A stretch of DNA of 64,000 nt, taken from the NCBI GenBank assembly GCA_965204815.1, contig OZ242014.1, forward strand, positions 3,112,532 to 3,176,531. The letters run 5' to 3'. This document shows, one piece after another, positions 34,356-45,024 of this stretch. The notes under the pieces are model-generated. The model saw only the letters and a list, made by a program, of their open reading frames with translations, did not search any database and was not told where the DNA came from. The translations under genes were made by a program, and so were the position numbers. Each line of letters begins with the position of its first letter. Position 1 is the first letter of the stretch. The stretch is from Dehalococcoidia bacterium. Its GTDB lineage: Bacteria; Chloroflexota; Dehalococcoidia; Lucifugimonadales; CATOSD01.

Positions 34356-36188
34356 TCACTGCCCCGGCACCACCGGCAGCACCACATGGGAGGGCCGGTC
34401 GGCGTCGTGGTAGACGGTGTTGCGGGCGACCTCGGTGCGCCTGCTGAGGCCCAGCGGCTCACCGGTGTTGGGGTTGACATCCAGCCGCGGGAAGTTGCTG
34501 CTGGCCACGTCCACGCGGATGCGGTGCCCCTTCGCGAACAGGTTGCTGGTGGGGTACAGCTCGATGGTGAACTCGTACACCTCGCCCGGTTCCATCATCT
34601 CGGCGCGCTCGAACGAGTCGCGGTAACGGGCGCGAATGACGCCGTCCGTGATGTTCATGTCGAAGCCCTGTGGGTAGTCCGGACTGGGCGGGTACACGTC
34701 CACGAGCTTGGCGGTGAAGTCGGTATCGACGCACGACGAGGACGCCCAGAGCTTGGCGACGACCGGGCCGGTGACTTCGACGTCATGCTCCAGCGGCGGC
34801 GTCTGGAATGTGAGCACGTCGTGGCGGGACGCCAGCGGCAGGTAAGGCTCGCGTGAGCCGTAGAAGCGGGGGCCTTCCTGCTGGTGGAACGCGCCGCCCT
34901 CCATGATGTCGGCGCCGGAGGAGATGTTGCCGCCGATGGTGGGCACGGGGTTGTTGGGGTCGAACAGGTACTCGCTGGGCCGCGCCCCGGCGCGGGGCAC
35001 CTGGGTCGACAGGCCGCCGCCGGAGTGAAGGTAGAACGCCGTGTCGTTGGCGCGGGCCAGCGGCCAGTCCTGCTCGTCGCGCCAGCGGCCGCCGTGGTTG
35101 AGACGGCCGTCGGCGTTCTTGCGGCCGTCGCCTCCGCCCATCACGAACAGCCTGACCGCCGAGTCGCGCTCGACGCCGTTGTCCATGTCCTTGAGCCAGC
35201 GGTCGAACCAGCGCAGCCGCATGTGATTGTAGTCGTCGGCCAGGCTGCCGGAAACGACAGAGAGGGGGCCGAAATCCACGTCGCCGGAGTAGCTCACGTC
35301 GTGCGCGCCGTGGGTCCAGGGGCCGAGCACCATGCGGATGGGGCCACTCTTGATGGGAGCCAGGCCGGTGTAGTTGCGGGTGGTGGTGCGCGTGTACGGA
35401 TCGTACCAGCTACCGAGGTGAAGCTGGGGGATGTCGGCGTACTGGTCGAAGTACAGCTCGTTGCATATGCCTATCTGCTGCCAGTACTCGCCGAAGTCGG
35501 CCTGCGTCCACATATCAAAGACGTAGTCCTCGTAGTCGGGTGCCCAGCGCAGCGGCGACTGGCCCTTCTTCCACGGCATACGCTGGAACCACTCGCGCAG
35601 GTCCTCGGCCTCCAGGGCTGCCTTCACAGTGGGGTCGGCCATCGCCTCCTTGCTATTGCGGGCGTGGGTGAAGGCCCAGCAGACCTGGCGCAACTCCAAC
35701 GTGCCGCTGTTGCGGCAGGAGTTGTCGTAGGCGTTGGTAAAGCCGCCGCAGTCCATGAAGGTGCAGGCCAGGTTCGGCGGGTTGGTCGCCGCCATCGCGG
35801 CCTGGGTGTGGGCGCCGTAGGATATGCCGAACGTGCCGACGCGGCCGTTGGACCAGGGCTGGTTGCCGATCCACTCCAGCGTGTCGTAGCCGTCCTGTGG
35901 ATCGTTGAGGTACTTGACGAAGGAGCCTTCGGACTTGAACCTGCCGCGGTTGTCCTGGAAGATGACGACGTAGCCGCGGCTGCCGAAGTACCGTGCCTCG
36001 GCGCGATTGCGTTGCGCTTCTTTGTTGTAGGGCGTCCGCTGCATCACGGCCGGCCAGAGTCCCTCGACGGGCTTGCCGTTTCTGGCGGGGAAGTAGAGGT
36101 CGGTGGCGAGGCGCACGCCGTCGCGCAGCGTGACCATGACGTCGCTTTGCAGGTGGACTTCGTACTCGGGCTGGGACTGCTGCGTCAT
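34356..36188 (-). CDS. CocE/NonD family hydrolase (X-Pro dipeptidyl-peptidase S15 fold)
   Basis: 610 aa. PVMQRTPYNK, the nucleophile elbow GTFGISYGA, and a C-terminal jelly-roll domain pattern. Confidence 0.85.
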   Translation of the reverse strand: MTQQSQPEYEVHLQSDVMVTLRDGVRLATDLYFPARNGKPVEGLWPAVMQRTPYNKEAQRNRAEARYFGSRGYVVIFQDNRGRFKSEGSFVKYLNDPQDGYDTLEWIGNQPWSNGRVGTFGISYGAHTQAAMAATNPPNLACTFMDCGGFTNAYDNSCRNSGTLELRQVCWAFTHARNSKEAMADPTVKAALEAEDLREWFQRMPWKKGQSPLRWAPDYEDYVFDMWTQADFGEYWQQIGICNELYFDQYADIPQLHLGSWYDPYTRTTTRNYTGLAPIKSGPIRMVLGPWTHGAHDVSYSGDVDFGPLSVVSGSLADDYNHMRLRWFDRWLKDMDNGVERDSAVRLFVMGGGDGRKNADGRLNHGGRWRDEQDWPLARANDTAFYLHSGGGLSTQVPRAGARPSEYLFDPNNPVPTIGGNISSGADIMEGGAFHQQEGPRFYGSREPYLPLASRHDVLTFQTPPLEHDVEVTGPVVAKLWASSSCVDTDFTAKLVDVYPPSPDYPQGFDMNITDGVIRARYRDSFERAEMMEPGEVYEFTIELYPTSNLFAKGHRIRVDVASSNFPRLDVNPNTGEPLGLSRRTEVARNTVYHDADRPSHVVLPVVPGQ

Positions 36189-36304
36189 CTGCGCGGCCCT
36201 CCGGACTGTAAGAGTGTGACGGTCATCGGGCTGCCCGGCGACTGGCGCTGCGATTATATTTGCGGCAGGCGGCGGGCGTCAACAAGAAGGGCGCGGCTGG
36301 CAGA

Positions 36305-37943
36305 TTAGTACCAAGTCGGTTGGTACTCCCCCCACTCGTCGCGGAGCACGCCCATCATCTCGCCGAGGGTGGCGTAGGCCCTGACCGCCTCGAGGATGTA
36401 CGGCATGAGGTTGGCGTCGCCACTCGCGGCGTCGCGCAGGCGCCGTAGCGCGACCGCGGCGGCCTCCGCGTCCCGCTCGCGGCGCACGCGGTTTAGCCGC
36501 TCCAGGTGCCGGCGCTCGCCCTCCTCGTCCACGCGCAGCAACGGGATGTCCAAAGCCTCGTCGCCGGTGAACTCGTTGACGCCGACCACGACGCGCTCGT
36601 TGCGCTCCAGTTCGCGCTGGAAGTCGGACGCCGCGTCCGCTATCTCGCGCACGAAGAAGCCGTCGTCCACCGCGGCCCTCACACCGCCGGCCTCGTCTAT
36701 GCGGCGGAAGTAGTCGTAGGCATCCACTTCGAGACGGTCGGTGAGCCATTCCAGGTAATGGCTGCCGCCGAGGGGGTCCACGGTGTCGGTAACGCCGGTC
36801 TCGTGGGCGATTATCTGCTGGGTGCGAAGCGCGAGACGGGCCGCGTCCTGGCTGGGGAGCGCCCAGGCCTCGTCCATCGAGTTGGTGTGCAGGGACTGTG
36901 TGCCGCTCAGCACCGCCGCGAGCGCCTGGATGGCCACCCCTGACGACGTTGTTCTCCGGCTGCTCTGCGGTGAGCGTCGCGCCCGCCGTCTGCGCGTGCG
37001 TGCGCAGCCACCAGGAGCGTTCCTTCTTTGCGCCGAAGCGCTCGCGCATTTCGCGCGCCCATATCCGGCGGGCCGCCCTGAACTTGGCGATCTCCTCGAA
37101 GAAGTCCTGGTGCACGTTGAAGAAGAAGCTGAGGCGCGGGGCGAAGTCGTCCACGTCCATACCGCGCTCCTGGCACGCCCGGACGTACTCGAATCCGTCG
37201 GCGAGCGTGAATGCCAGCTCCTGTACGGCGGTGGAGCCGGCCTCCCGGATGTGGTAGCCGCTGATGCTGATGGGGTTCCAGCGCGGCAGATTCTCGGAGG
37301 CGTACTCGATGGTGTCCACCACGAGCCTCATGGAGGGTTCCACCGGGAAGATGTACTCGTTCTGCGCGGTGTACTCCTTGAGGATGTCGTTTTGGATGGT
37401 GCCGCCGAGGGATGCGGCGGGTATACCGCGCTTTTCGGCGGCGGCGATGTACATGGCCCAGATGATGGCGGCAGGGGCGTTGATGGTCATCGAAGTGGTG
37501 ACTTGGTCCAGCGGTATGCCGTCGAACAGAATCTCCATGTCGGCGAGAGAGGAGACGGCCACGCCGCACTTGCCGAACTCGCCCATCGCGGGAGGGTCGT
37601 CGGTGTCGTAGCCGTACAGCGTGGGCATGTCGAAGGCGACGCTCAGGCCGGACTGGCCCTGCTCCAGCAGGAACTTGAAGCGTTCGTTGGTGTCCTCGGC
37701 GGTGCCGAACCCGGCGAACATGCGCATGGTCCACAGCCTGCCCCGGTAGCCGGTGGCGTGCACGCCGCGCAGGAACGGATAGCGGCCCGGCACGTCCGGG
37801 TCGCCCGCTCCGGTCTCGCGGCTGTCGGCCGTGTAGGCGCGGTCGATGGGGATGCCCGATACGGTGGCGAATCGCTCCTTGCGCTCGGCGTGCGGCGCGG
37901 CGGGAGAGGCTGCGCGCTCAGGGTTGTCGGCATCACCGGCCAT
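36305..37943 (-). pseudogene. acyl-CoA mutase large (substrate-binding) subunit, interrupted by a 1-nt frameshift
   Basis: The N-terminal 2/3 lies in the frame of ORF 36279..37943 (...[35 protein letters not shown]...). The C-terminal 1/3 lies in ORF 36305..36937 ([23 protein letters not shown]...). The frames meet at the C4 run 36938-36941. Confidence 0.8.
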
Positions 37944-38026
37944 TGGGGACGCTCCTCGCTTGGTTTGGGAATGCGGTTTGGCGCTATTTTACCACGAGAG
38001 AGCGGAGGGAGATGGGAGAGTAGGCG

Positions 38027-39319
38027 CTAGCGCGGCGACCACGTGGCCAGGATGCCATCGGCCAGGGTTTGCGCGGTGGACGCCGGTTCGACCGACAGCA
38101 CCAGCACTCTAGGGGTCTCCTGGAGCGACAGTGACGCCGATACGCCGACGTTCCCTACGATTCCGCCCGCGAACACGATGGCGCGAGAGTCGGGCGACCA
38201 GACACGGTGGGAGTAGGCGAACTGGTCGAAGAAGATCAGCAGGCTCATCTGGTCCCGCGTGGGAATGAAGTCCACAAGCGGCCAGCGCTGGCCGGAGGCG
38301 ACGTCCAGGATGTTCCAGCGCAGCCCTTCGACACCCTCCGCAAAGGTGACGTAGGCGATCATCCGACCGTCCGGCGACCAGAAGAAGGCCACCACTATCT
38401 CGCCGATCTCGACGTCGTGCCGCTCTCCCTCCGGCGAGATTAGCCGCACTCCCCGGTACACGAACCCCCCGGTCGCGGGGGAGGGCTGCCCGGAGTGGGC
38501 GACCGCCAGGGTGTCGCCATCGGGCGACCACAGGAACGCGGTGACACCCCGCGTCTCGTCAAGTGGTGTGCGCCGCCCCTGGACGGGATCGTCGAGGTAC
38601 AGGGTGCCCGCCCCGTCCGGCGTCTCGGACACGTAGGCGACGCTCCTGGTGCCGGGCCGCCAGGCCGGTACGCGGTAGCCCGCCGCGAGGATGTCCAGGT
38701 TGTCGACGACCGGAGCATCATTCGCGGTCACCGAGTGGTGCCCCAGGCCCGCGTGGACCAGCATGCCGGTCGAGTTACCCGACCAGGAAGCGTAGAGCGG
38801 AGCGCCGGCGAGAAGATGCGTGGCCTCTTCATCGTCCTGCGGGTCGTCCAGCAGCAGCGACAGGCCGCTGGGCGTGTTGGCCATGATGCCCAGCCATCTG
38901 CTGTCAGGGGACCACAGCGTGTAGTGGGGCATACTGGGCAGCACCGGTCCGAACCCCCTCTCGTTCACGAACACGGCCCGCGCCTCTCCGGACCCGTCTT
39001 CGCCGACGGGACGCACGAACAGCGTGAGCGGACCTCGCCTGCCTTCGCCTGCCGAAACGCCGGAGAAGGCCACGCTGCGGCCGTCCGGAGACCAGGCGGG
39101 CCAGGTGTAGAAGCCCTCCTCGGGGCTGAGCCGGGTCGGATTCGAGCCGTCTGGCTCGGCCACCATCACCCTGCCCTGCAGGTCGACGTAGGCCACGAGG
39201 TCGACGGTGGTGATTGGCGGCGCCGGCGGCGTGATCGAGAACACACCGCCGCTCACGCCCACCACGGCGACGACCGCAAGCAGCGCAAGCAACGCTATCG
39301 CGTAGACGGCAGCTCTCAA
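38027..39319 (-). CDS. TolB-like beta-propeller protein (PD40/WD40-like repeats), N-terminal membrane anchor
   Basis: Repeated SPDG/SPDS motifs (WSPDGRSVAF, WSPDSRWL, WSPDGDTLAVA, WSPDGRMIAYV, WSPDSRAIVF). Confidence 0.75.
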   Translation of the reverse strand: MRAAVYAIALLALLAVVAVVGVSGGVFSITPPAPPITTVDLVAYVDLQGRVMVAEPDGSNPTRLSPEEGFYTWPAWSPDGRSVAFSGVSAGEGRRGPLTLFVRPVGEDGSGEARAVFVNERGFGPVLPSMPHYTLWSPDSRWLGIMANTPSGLSLLLDDPQDDEEATHLLAGAPLYASWSGNSTGMLVHAGLGHHSVTANDAPVVDNLDILAAGYRVPAWRPGTRSVAYVSETPDGAGTLYLDDPVQGRRTPLDETRGVTAFLWSPDGDTLAVAHSGQPSPATGGFVYRGVRLISPEGERHDVEIGEIVVAFFWSPDGRMIAYVTFAEGVEGLRWNILDVASGQRWPLVDFIPTRDQMSLLIFFDQFAYSHRVWSPDSRAIVFAGGIVGNVGVSASLSLQETPRVLVLSVEPASTAQTLADGILATWSPR

Positions 39320-39350
39320 GCCGACTCTCCTCTCATCGTGCGGACGCTTG

Positions 39351-40580
39351 TCATAGCGAGGACAGGAGACCGCGCAGCGACGTGCCGAACTCCCCAGCCT
39401 GCCACTTTCGCACTTCCTCGCTGTCGAGTTCAGCGGCCAGGCTGCCCGGGCTGCCCGCCAGCCGCGTCAGGCTGGCGGTGGGCCAGAGAAGGCTCGGGTC
39501 CAGTGCGAGCTCCTCGCCGAGCGACTTTCGCCACTGCTTGAGCCGCTTCATGCGCTCGCCTGCTTCGCGGCGCTGCGACGGCGTCAGCCGGTCCCGGGCG
39601 GGCGCCTTCTTTGGTGGACGTACCGGGGCGGCCTCCATGCCCTCCTGTATGGCGCTCCTCAGCTTGCGCACGGCGGGCCGCCGCCCGTACCTGCCCAGGC
39701 CCTTGACCTCGCCCAGCTTTACGCCGGGGTCAGTGGACACCGCCACCAGCGCGGCGTCGGAAATCACCTTGAAGTGCGGCCGATCCAGCTCCCGCGCCAG
39801 TTCGTCTCGGAACCGGCACAGCGAGCGCAGTATGGCCAGGCCGCGCCCGTCGAGAACGCGGCTTCCCTTGATGGACAGGAAGGCCGCCTCGCGCTCCGGC
39901 TCGGAGTGCCGGAGATGCTCCAGGCGTTCGCACTCCTCGCGCAGCCACCGGGTGCGGCCCAAGCCCCGCAGGTGCTCGTCGAGGACATCTCGCAGCCTCG
40001 CCAGGTGGAGCACGTCGCTCGCGGCGTAATTGAGGGCCTCGTCGCTCAGCGGGCGCAGCGTCCAGTCGGACCGCTGGAGCCGGCGCGACTTTGGAATTCT
40101 GACACCGATGTGCTCCTCGAGCACCGCCTGGAGGCCGAGACGCCCCGATCCCGCAAACGCCGCGGCCACGGAGGTGTCGTACAGGTTGTTAACGCGAAAG
40201 CCCCAATCCCTGTCCAGGCTGCGAATGTCGTAGCCGGGTGCGTGGAAGACTTTCTCGACTGCGGGGTCCGCGAACAGCTCGCCAAGCGGCGCGACGTCCC
40301 CGACGGCCAGAGGGTCGACGAGGTACACGGCGTCCGTGGAGGCGAGCTGCACCAGGCATATCCGCTCCCTGTACCGGAAGAATCCGTTGGACTCCAGGTC
40401 GACGGCGACGCGCGGTGACGAAGCCAGCGCGTCTACCGCGCGGGCCAGGTGCTCGGCTGTATCCACCAGGTCGTAATCGCTCAACGGGCGCTCCGGGGAT
40501 GGGACTGTGCGGCGTAAGTCATCGTCCAGTTGCTTGTTCCCGATTTCACGATAGCATACAATGGGCGTGATTTTCAGCAA
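39351..40580 (-). CDS. rnd: ribonuclease D (DEDD 3'-5' exonuclease plus HRDC)
   Basis: VAVDLESNG, HAPGYDIRSL and YAASDVLHL Exo I-III motifs, followed by an HRDC-like segment. Confidence 0.8.
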   Translation of the reverse strand: MLKITPIVCYREIGNKQLDDDLRRTVPSPERPLSDYDLVDTAEHLARAVDALASSPRVAVDLESNGFFRYRERICLVQLASTDAVYLVDPLAVGDVAPLGELFADPAVEKVFHAPGYDIRSLDRDWGFRVNNLYDTSVAAAFAGSGRLGLQAVLEEHIGVRIPKSRRLQRSDWTLRPLSDEALNYAASDVLHLARLRDVLDEHLRGLGRTRWLREECERLEHLRHSEPEREAAFLSIKGSRVLDGRGLAILRSLCRFRDELARELDRPHFKVISDAALVAVSTDPGVKLGEVKGLGRYGRRPAVRKLRSAIQEGMEAAPVRPPKKAPARDRLTPSQRREAGERMKRLKQWRKSLGEELALDPSLLWPTASLTRLAGSPGSLAAELDSEEVRKWQAGEFGTSLRGLLSSL

Positions 40581-41330
40581 TCGGCTGTTGGGGAGCGTTA
40601 CACGGCATTGGCGTCATCCGAATTCGGAGAGCAAGACAGGCGTCCGAAGGTAAGGCTGTTGCATACCTCGGACCTGCACATCGGGAGCGACGTCTACGCC
40701 GACGACGCGCTGCTCGGTCTCGAAGCCGTCGTCGCGGCAGTGCGCAAACACGAAGCGGACGCGCTGCTGATAGCCGGAGACCTCTTCGACAACAAGCGCC
40801 TCTCGGACGCCACGGTGGACAAGGTGTTCGCCGACCTGAGCGCGCTGGGCAAGCCAGTCGTGGTGGTGCCCGGCAACCACGACACTCTGCTTACCACCGC
40901 ATGGAAGTCTCCCAGGCTGCCCCCTAACCTGAGCGTGATGCGCACCGACGGCGCGGACATGGTGTTCGTAGCGGAGTTGGGCCTAGCGGTGTGGGGACGC
41001 CCGGTGTACGACCATCACCCCGGCAACCGGCCCATGGCCGACCTGCCACCCCGACCGCAGGGCTGCTGGTACGTTCCGATGGCGCACGGGCTGTTCATGG
41101 ATGGTCCGGTGGACGAGTTCCGGTCGTCGCCCATCACCATCGACGAGATAGCCGGGGCCGACTGCGACTACGTGGCGCTGGGGCACGTTCACGCGCTCCG
41201 CGAGGTATCCCAGAACGGCGTAACCGCGTACTACTCCGGCGCGCCCTCCGGCTCCCAGGCCAAGACGGCCATCGTCGTCGATCTCGACCCACAGGCCGGG
41301 GTGAGCGTCTCGCCGTTCGTTTTGCGCTGA
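40530..41330 (+). CDS. metallophosphoesterase (SbcD/Mre11-like calcineurin fold)
   Basis: LLHTSDLHIG, IAGDLFDN, VPGNHD and GHVH. The start is uncertain because the track ATG overlaps the rnd 5' end by 51 nt. Confidence 0.7.
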   Translation: MLVPDFTIAYNGRDFQQSAVGERYTALASSEFGEQDRRPKVRLLHTSDLHIGSDVYADDALLGLEAVVAAVRKHEADALLIAGDLFDNKRLSDATVDKVFADLSALGKPVVVVPGNHDTLLTTAWKSPRLPPNLSVMRTDGADMVFVAELGLAVWGRPVYDHHPGNRPMADLPPRPQGCWYVPMAHGLFMDGPVDEFRSSPITIDEIAGADCDYVALGHVHALREVSQNGVTAYYSGAPSGSQAKTAIVVDLDPQAGVSVSPFVLR

Positions 41331-41445
41331 CGAGCCGGCCTTCCCGTCCGCCCAGAGGCAACGCCGCTAACTCCCCGGCTTGCCCCTCTCCCCTCACCCG
41401 ATTCTCCCACTATCACTACTCCAGGAAGAATGCCGCGCGCGAGGC

Positions 41446-41476
41446 TTGACCTGGCTCGCAGCGGCGGGCGTATACT
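41446..41476 (+). promoter_or_regulatory. candidate promoter of the ABC-2 exporter operon
   Basis: TTGACC (41446-41451), 19 nt spacer, TATACT (41471-41476). The spacer is long. Confidence 0.25.
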
Positions 41477-41542
41477 ATGCGCCCGCAAATCGGCGCGGGG
41501 GCAAGGCAAGCTGTGTCTCCGCGCCAGGAAGGCAATCAAGAC

Positions 41543-42544
41543 ATGGAACAACCTGACAATGCCGAGAGCGCGAACGGCTACGCGGTGGTCGCGTCCGGCC
41601 TGGCGAAGCGATTCGGCAACGTGGAGGCGGTGAAGGGTGTAGACCTCGCGCTATCGAAGGGGGAAATCTACGGCTTTCTGGGACCGAACGGCGCGGGCAA
41701 GACGACAGTCGTTCGCATGCTGACCACGTTGCTCGTGCCCACGTCCGGCGCCGCGACCGTCGCAGGCTACGACGTCACGCGCGAAGGGCAGCAGGTGCGG
41801 TTGCACGTCGGCGCGGCGCTGCAGGACGCCGCCCTGGACGACAAGCAGACGGGCCGGGAGTTGCTGAGGCTGCAAGGCCGCCTGTACGGGCTGAGAGGAA
41901 GGGAGATAAACCAGCGCCTTTCGGAACTGGCCGCGCTCATCGACATCGGCGACGCCATCGACCGGCTGATAGGCACCTACTCCGGCGGCATGAAGCGCAG
42001 GCTGGACCTGGCGGCGGCGCTGGTGCACAACCCGGAGGTGCTGTTCCTGGACGAGCCGACCACGGGACTCGATCCCATAAGCCGCAATCGAGTCTGGGAG
42101 GAGGTCCGGCGCATCAACCGGCAGCTCGGAGTGACCATCTTCCTCACCACGCAGTACCTGGAGGAGGCCGACGCGCTGGCCGACAGGGTGGGCATCATCA
42201 ACGAGGGCGAACTGGTGGCCGAGGGCACGCCCGCGGACCTGAAACGCTCGGTGGGGCTGGACGTCATAGTAGCGCGCGTGGACGGCAGCGCGGACGCGGC
42301 CATCGAACGCCTGAACGCCATCGAGGGCGTGCAGCAGGTGGACGCCTACGAGTCCGAGCTGTCCGTCAGCGTGGCGAACGGCGCGTCGCTCGTCAGCGCG
42401 GTGGCGCTGGCGCTGAACGAGTGCGGGGTGAGCGTGCATGAGCTCACGCTGCGCACCCCCACGCTGGACGACGTGTTTCTACAGGTTACGGGCGCCCGCC
42501 TGCAGGAGGATGCCCCCCAGGACGTTGGAGAGAACCAGCTATGA
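41543..42544 (+). CDS. ABC transporter ATP-binding protein (DrrA/ABC-2 type)
   Basis: Walker A GPNGAGKTT, signature YSGGMKRRL, Walker B VLFLDEPTTGLD. ATG at 41543. Confidence 0.9.
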   Translation: MEQPDNAESANGYAVVASGLAKRFGNVEAVKGVDLALSKGEIYGFLGPNGAGKTTVVRMLTTLLVPTSGAATVAGYDVTREGQQVRLHVGAALQDAALDDKQTGRELLRLQGRLYGLRGREINQRLSELAALIDIGDAIDRLIGTYSGGMKRRLDLAAALVHNPEVLFLDEPTTGLDPISRNRVWEEVRRINRQLGVTIFLTTQYLEEADALADRVGIINEGELVAEGTPADLKRSVGLDVIVARVDGSADAAIERLNAIEGVQQVDAYESELSVSVANGASLVSAVALALNECGVSVHELTLRTPTLDDVFLQVTGARLQEDAPQDVGENQL

Positions 42545-43338
42545 CGACCATCGCTTCCACACAGATAAGGGCCAGGCGTTCGAACTTTCTGCGGGACGTC
42601 CTGAGCGTGGCCGAGCGCGCGCTGCGCTCCATCCCGCGCGACGTAGAGGGTGTGATTCCAGCCCTCGTCATCCCCGTGTTCTTCTTCGTCGTGAACGTGG
42701 GCGCGCTCCAGGACCAGACCGAGCAGTTCATGGAGGTGGACTACAAGGCGTTCCAACTGCCCGTGGCCATTCTCTTCGCGGTAACCGGCATATCACGGGC
42801 CATAACCGTGGTCACCGACATCCAGAGTGGCTACTTCGACAAGCTCTCGCTCACGCCCGTCAACCGGCTGGGCATGCTGATAGGATTCACCGTGGCCGAC
42901 TTCGCGCTGGTTGTGGCGCTTACCGTGCCCGTCATAATTCTGGGACTGGTCGTTGGCGTACGTTTCGAGTCGGGCCCGGCTGGACTGTTGGTGTTCGTGT
43001 TGATGGGGGGCGCCTGGGGTCTGGCATTCGCCGGCCTTCCCTACGCCATCGCGCTGAAGACGGGCAACCCCGTCGCGGTCAACAGCAGCTTTTTGTTGTT
43101 CTTCCCGTTCATGTTCCTGACCACCGTGTTCGTGCCGATGGAGGCGCTGACTGGCTGGCTGGCGACGGTGGCGGTGTACAATCCTGTAACCTATTTGCTG
43201 GATGGGCTGCGCTCGCTGATAACGGTCGGGTGGGACTCAGAGGCGCTGCTGAAGGCGCTCGGCGCGATAGCCGGTGTAGGAGCCGTGAGCTACACGCTCG
43301 CGCTGATGGCGCTGCGAAGCCGCGCGAGGCGCCGCTAG
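42541..43338 (+). CDS. ABC-2 type transporter permease
   Basis: 265 aa with about 6 TM. ATGA overlap with the ATPase gene. Confidence 0.8.
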   Translation: MTTIASTQIRARRSNFLRDVLSVAERALRSIPRDVEGVIPALVIPVFFFVVNVGALQDQTEQFMEVDYKAFQLPVAILFAVTGISRAITVVTDIQSGYFDKLSLTPVNRLGMLIGFTVADFALVVALTVPVIILGLVVGVRFESGPAGLLVFVLMGGAWGLAFAGLPYAIALKTGNPVAVNSSFLLFFPFMFLTTVFVPMEALTGWLATVAVYNPVTYLLDGLRSLITVGWDSEALLKALGAIAGVGAVSYTLALMALRSRARRR

Positions 43339-43369
43339 CGGCAACACCGCATCGCTCCGAGCGCGGCCG

Positions 43370-44659
43370 CTACTCCACGCGCCGGAAGCCGGGATACACG
43401 AGCAGCAGCGCGACCGTGCCGATCAGCAGCAGCACGCCGGTAACGAACAGCGCGTTGGGCGTGCCGATGTTCACGGCCAGGAAGCCCAGTGGAATCGAGC
43501 TGAGCGGCTGGATGCCGAACGTCATCATGCCCAGGCTCATCACCCTACCGCGCATTTCGGGCGACGCGTACACCTGCACGAGGGTCATGGCCAGTGACAT
43601 CACAAGCGAGCTCACGAGGCCTGTGAACAGCAGCAGCGGCACCGCCGCCCAGAACGACGTCATCTGCGAGAAGGCCATCAGCCCCACCGCCCAGCCCACG
43701 CAGTTGGCGAACAGCAGCAGCCCGCGCTTGCCGACGTTGCCCATCGCGGCTAGCCCGAGCGTGCCCACCAGCGCGCCTATTCCCATCACCATCAACAGGA
43801 AGCCCAGGTCGTCCGAACCGACGTCCAGCGCCTCACGCCCCCAGGCGGGCATCAACGCGAAGTAGGCGAAACCGAACAGCGAGCTTATCAGCATCAGCAT
43901 GTTCACGCCAAGGATGGGCGGGTTCGCGCGGACGTACCTGATACCTTCACCGATGTCGCCCGAAAGGCCTCTGCGCGAGCGCGACGCGGCCGTCTGGCCC
44001 GCGCGAATCATCACCACCGACAGCACGGCAAGAGCGTACGTGGCGGCTATGAGGTAGAAGACGCCGTGCGTGCCAATGAAAATGATGAGCACCCCCGCCA
44101 CGGCCGGCCCCGCGATGCGCGTCGCGTTCATGGCGGAGTTGGTCAGCGAAATGGCGTTCATCAGCGTGCCCTCGGGCACGATGTCCGACAGAATCGCCTG
44201 TCGGCTGGGCATGTTGAGCGCCATGAGCGAGCCGTTCACCACACCTATCCCAAGCAGCATCCCGAAGGTGATGACGTTGGTCATGTCGAGCGTGGCGACG
44301 AGCGCCGTGACCAGGATGTTGCCGCCCTGGCTGAGGATGACCATGCGTTTGCGGGGGATGCGGTCGGCGAGCGCTCCGCCGATGATGGCCATGATGGTGA
44401 CGGGCATGGAGAACGACGCCATGACCAGCGCGAGGGCGAGAGGGGAATCGTCGGCCAGCTCCAGCACCAGCCAGCCCCGGGTGATCATCTGCATGTTCAT
44501 CGCCATGTAGGAGGCGAGCGAGCCGACGAACATCCACCGGAAGTCGACGTAGTGGAAGGACTGGAAGACGGGCCAGCGGGACAGCACCCGCTGGGTCAGA
44601 CGTGGCGCCGCCGCGGCGCGCGGAGAGTCCTCTTCCGGCGCCGGTCCCGGGGGTGGCAT
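43370..44659 (-). CDS. MFS transporter (EntS/MFS_3-like)
   Basis: 429 aa, 12-TM pattern, GGALADRIPRKRMV loop motif. Confidence 0.8.
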   Translation of the reverse strand: MPPPGPAPEEDSPRAAAAPRLTQRVLSRWPVFQSFHYVDFRWMFVGSLASYMAMNMQMITRGWLVLELADDSPLALALVMASFSMPVTIMAIIGGALADRIPRKRMVILSQGGNILVTALVATLDMTNVITFGMLLGIGVVNGSLMALNMPSRQAILSDIVPEGTLMNAISLTNSAMNATRIAGPAVAGVLIIFIGTHGVFYLIAATYALAVLSVVMIRAGQTAASRSRRGLSGDIGEGIRYVRANPPILGVNMLMLISSLFGFAYFALMPAWGREALDVGSDDLGFLLMVMGIGALVGTLGLAAMGNVGKRGLLLFANCVGWAVGLMAFSQMTSFWAAVPLLLFTGLVSSLVMSLAMTLVQVYASPEMRGRVMSLGMMTFGIQPLSSIPLGFLAVNIGTPNALFVTGVLLLIGTVALLLVYPGFRRVE

Positions 44660-44916
44660 GGTGTCTCTGATAGCGTCACTTCTCCTGCATCACGGAGGCG
44701 CGCCCGCGCGGCCACCACTCCCGGAATGCGCCTTCGAGTTTCAATTATACAACCTGACCCGCCGCTTCCGCTCACGGGCACGGTCCCGGAGGGAGGGGCG
44801 TAACCATAGGAACGGCGTTCATGCCCAAGATGGGGGATGCTGGCGAGGATGCGGCCCTAGCAGTAGGGGTTGAAGGTAGGCCAAACGCCGGAAAGATTGG
44901 ATTTCTGCATGAGAGA

Positions 44917-44948
44917 GGCCCCGGAGCGCATTCCAGCACTCCGGGGCC
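44917..44948 (-). terminator. hairpin downstream of the 45025-45681 gene (no U-tract)
   Basis: GGCCCCGGAG-12 nt-CTCCGGGGCC, a perfect 10-bp stem. Confidence 0.35.
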
Positions 44949-45024
44949 TATGATTCCTGGGCGCGAGAAGACCTATTCCAAGATAGTCATGCGGTCTTCA
45001 ATCGTCGCCTTCTTCCGCTCCTTT

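Noticed and set aside
41382-41410. GCCCCTCTCCCCTCACCCGATTCTCCCAC, considered as a further family-2 repeat copy.
   Set aside because: Only the C-rich half is present, with no complementary arm. It is at best a degenerate remnant.
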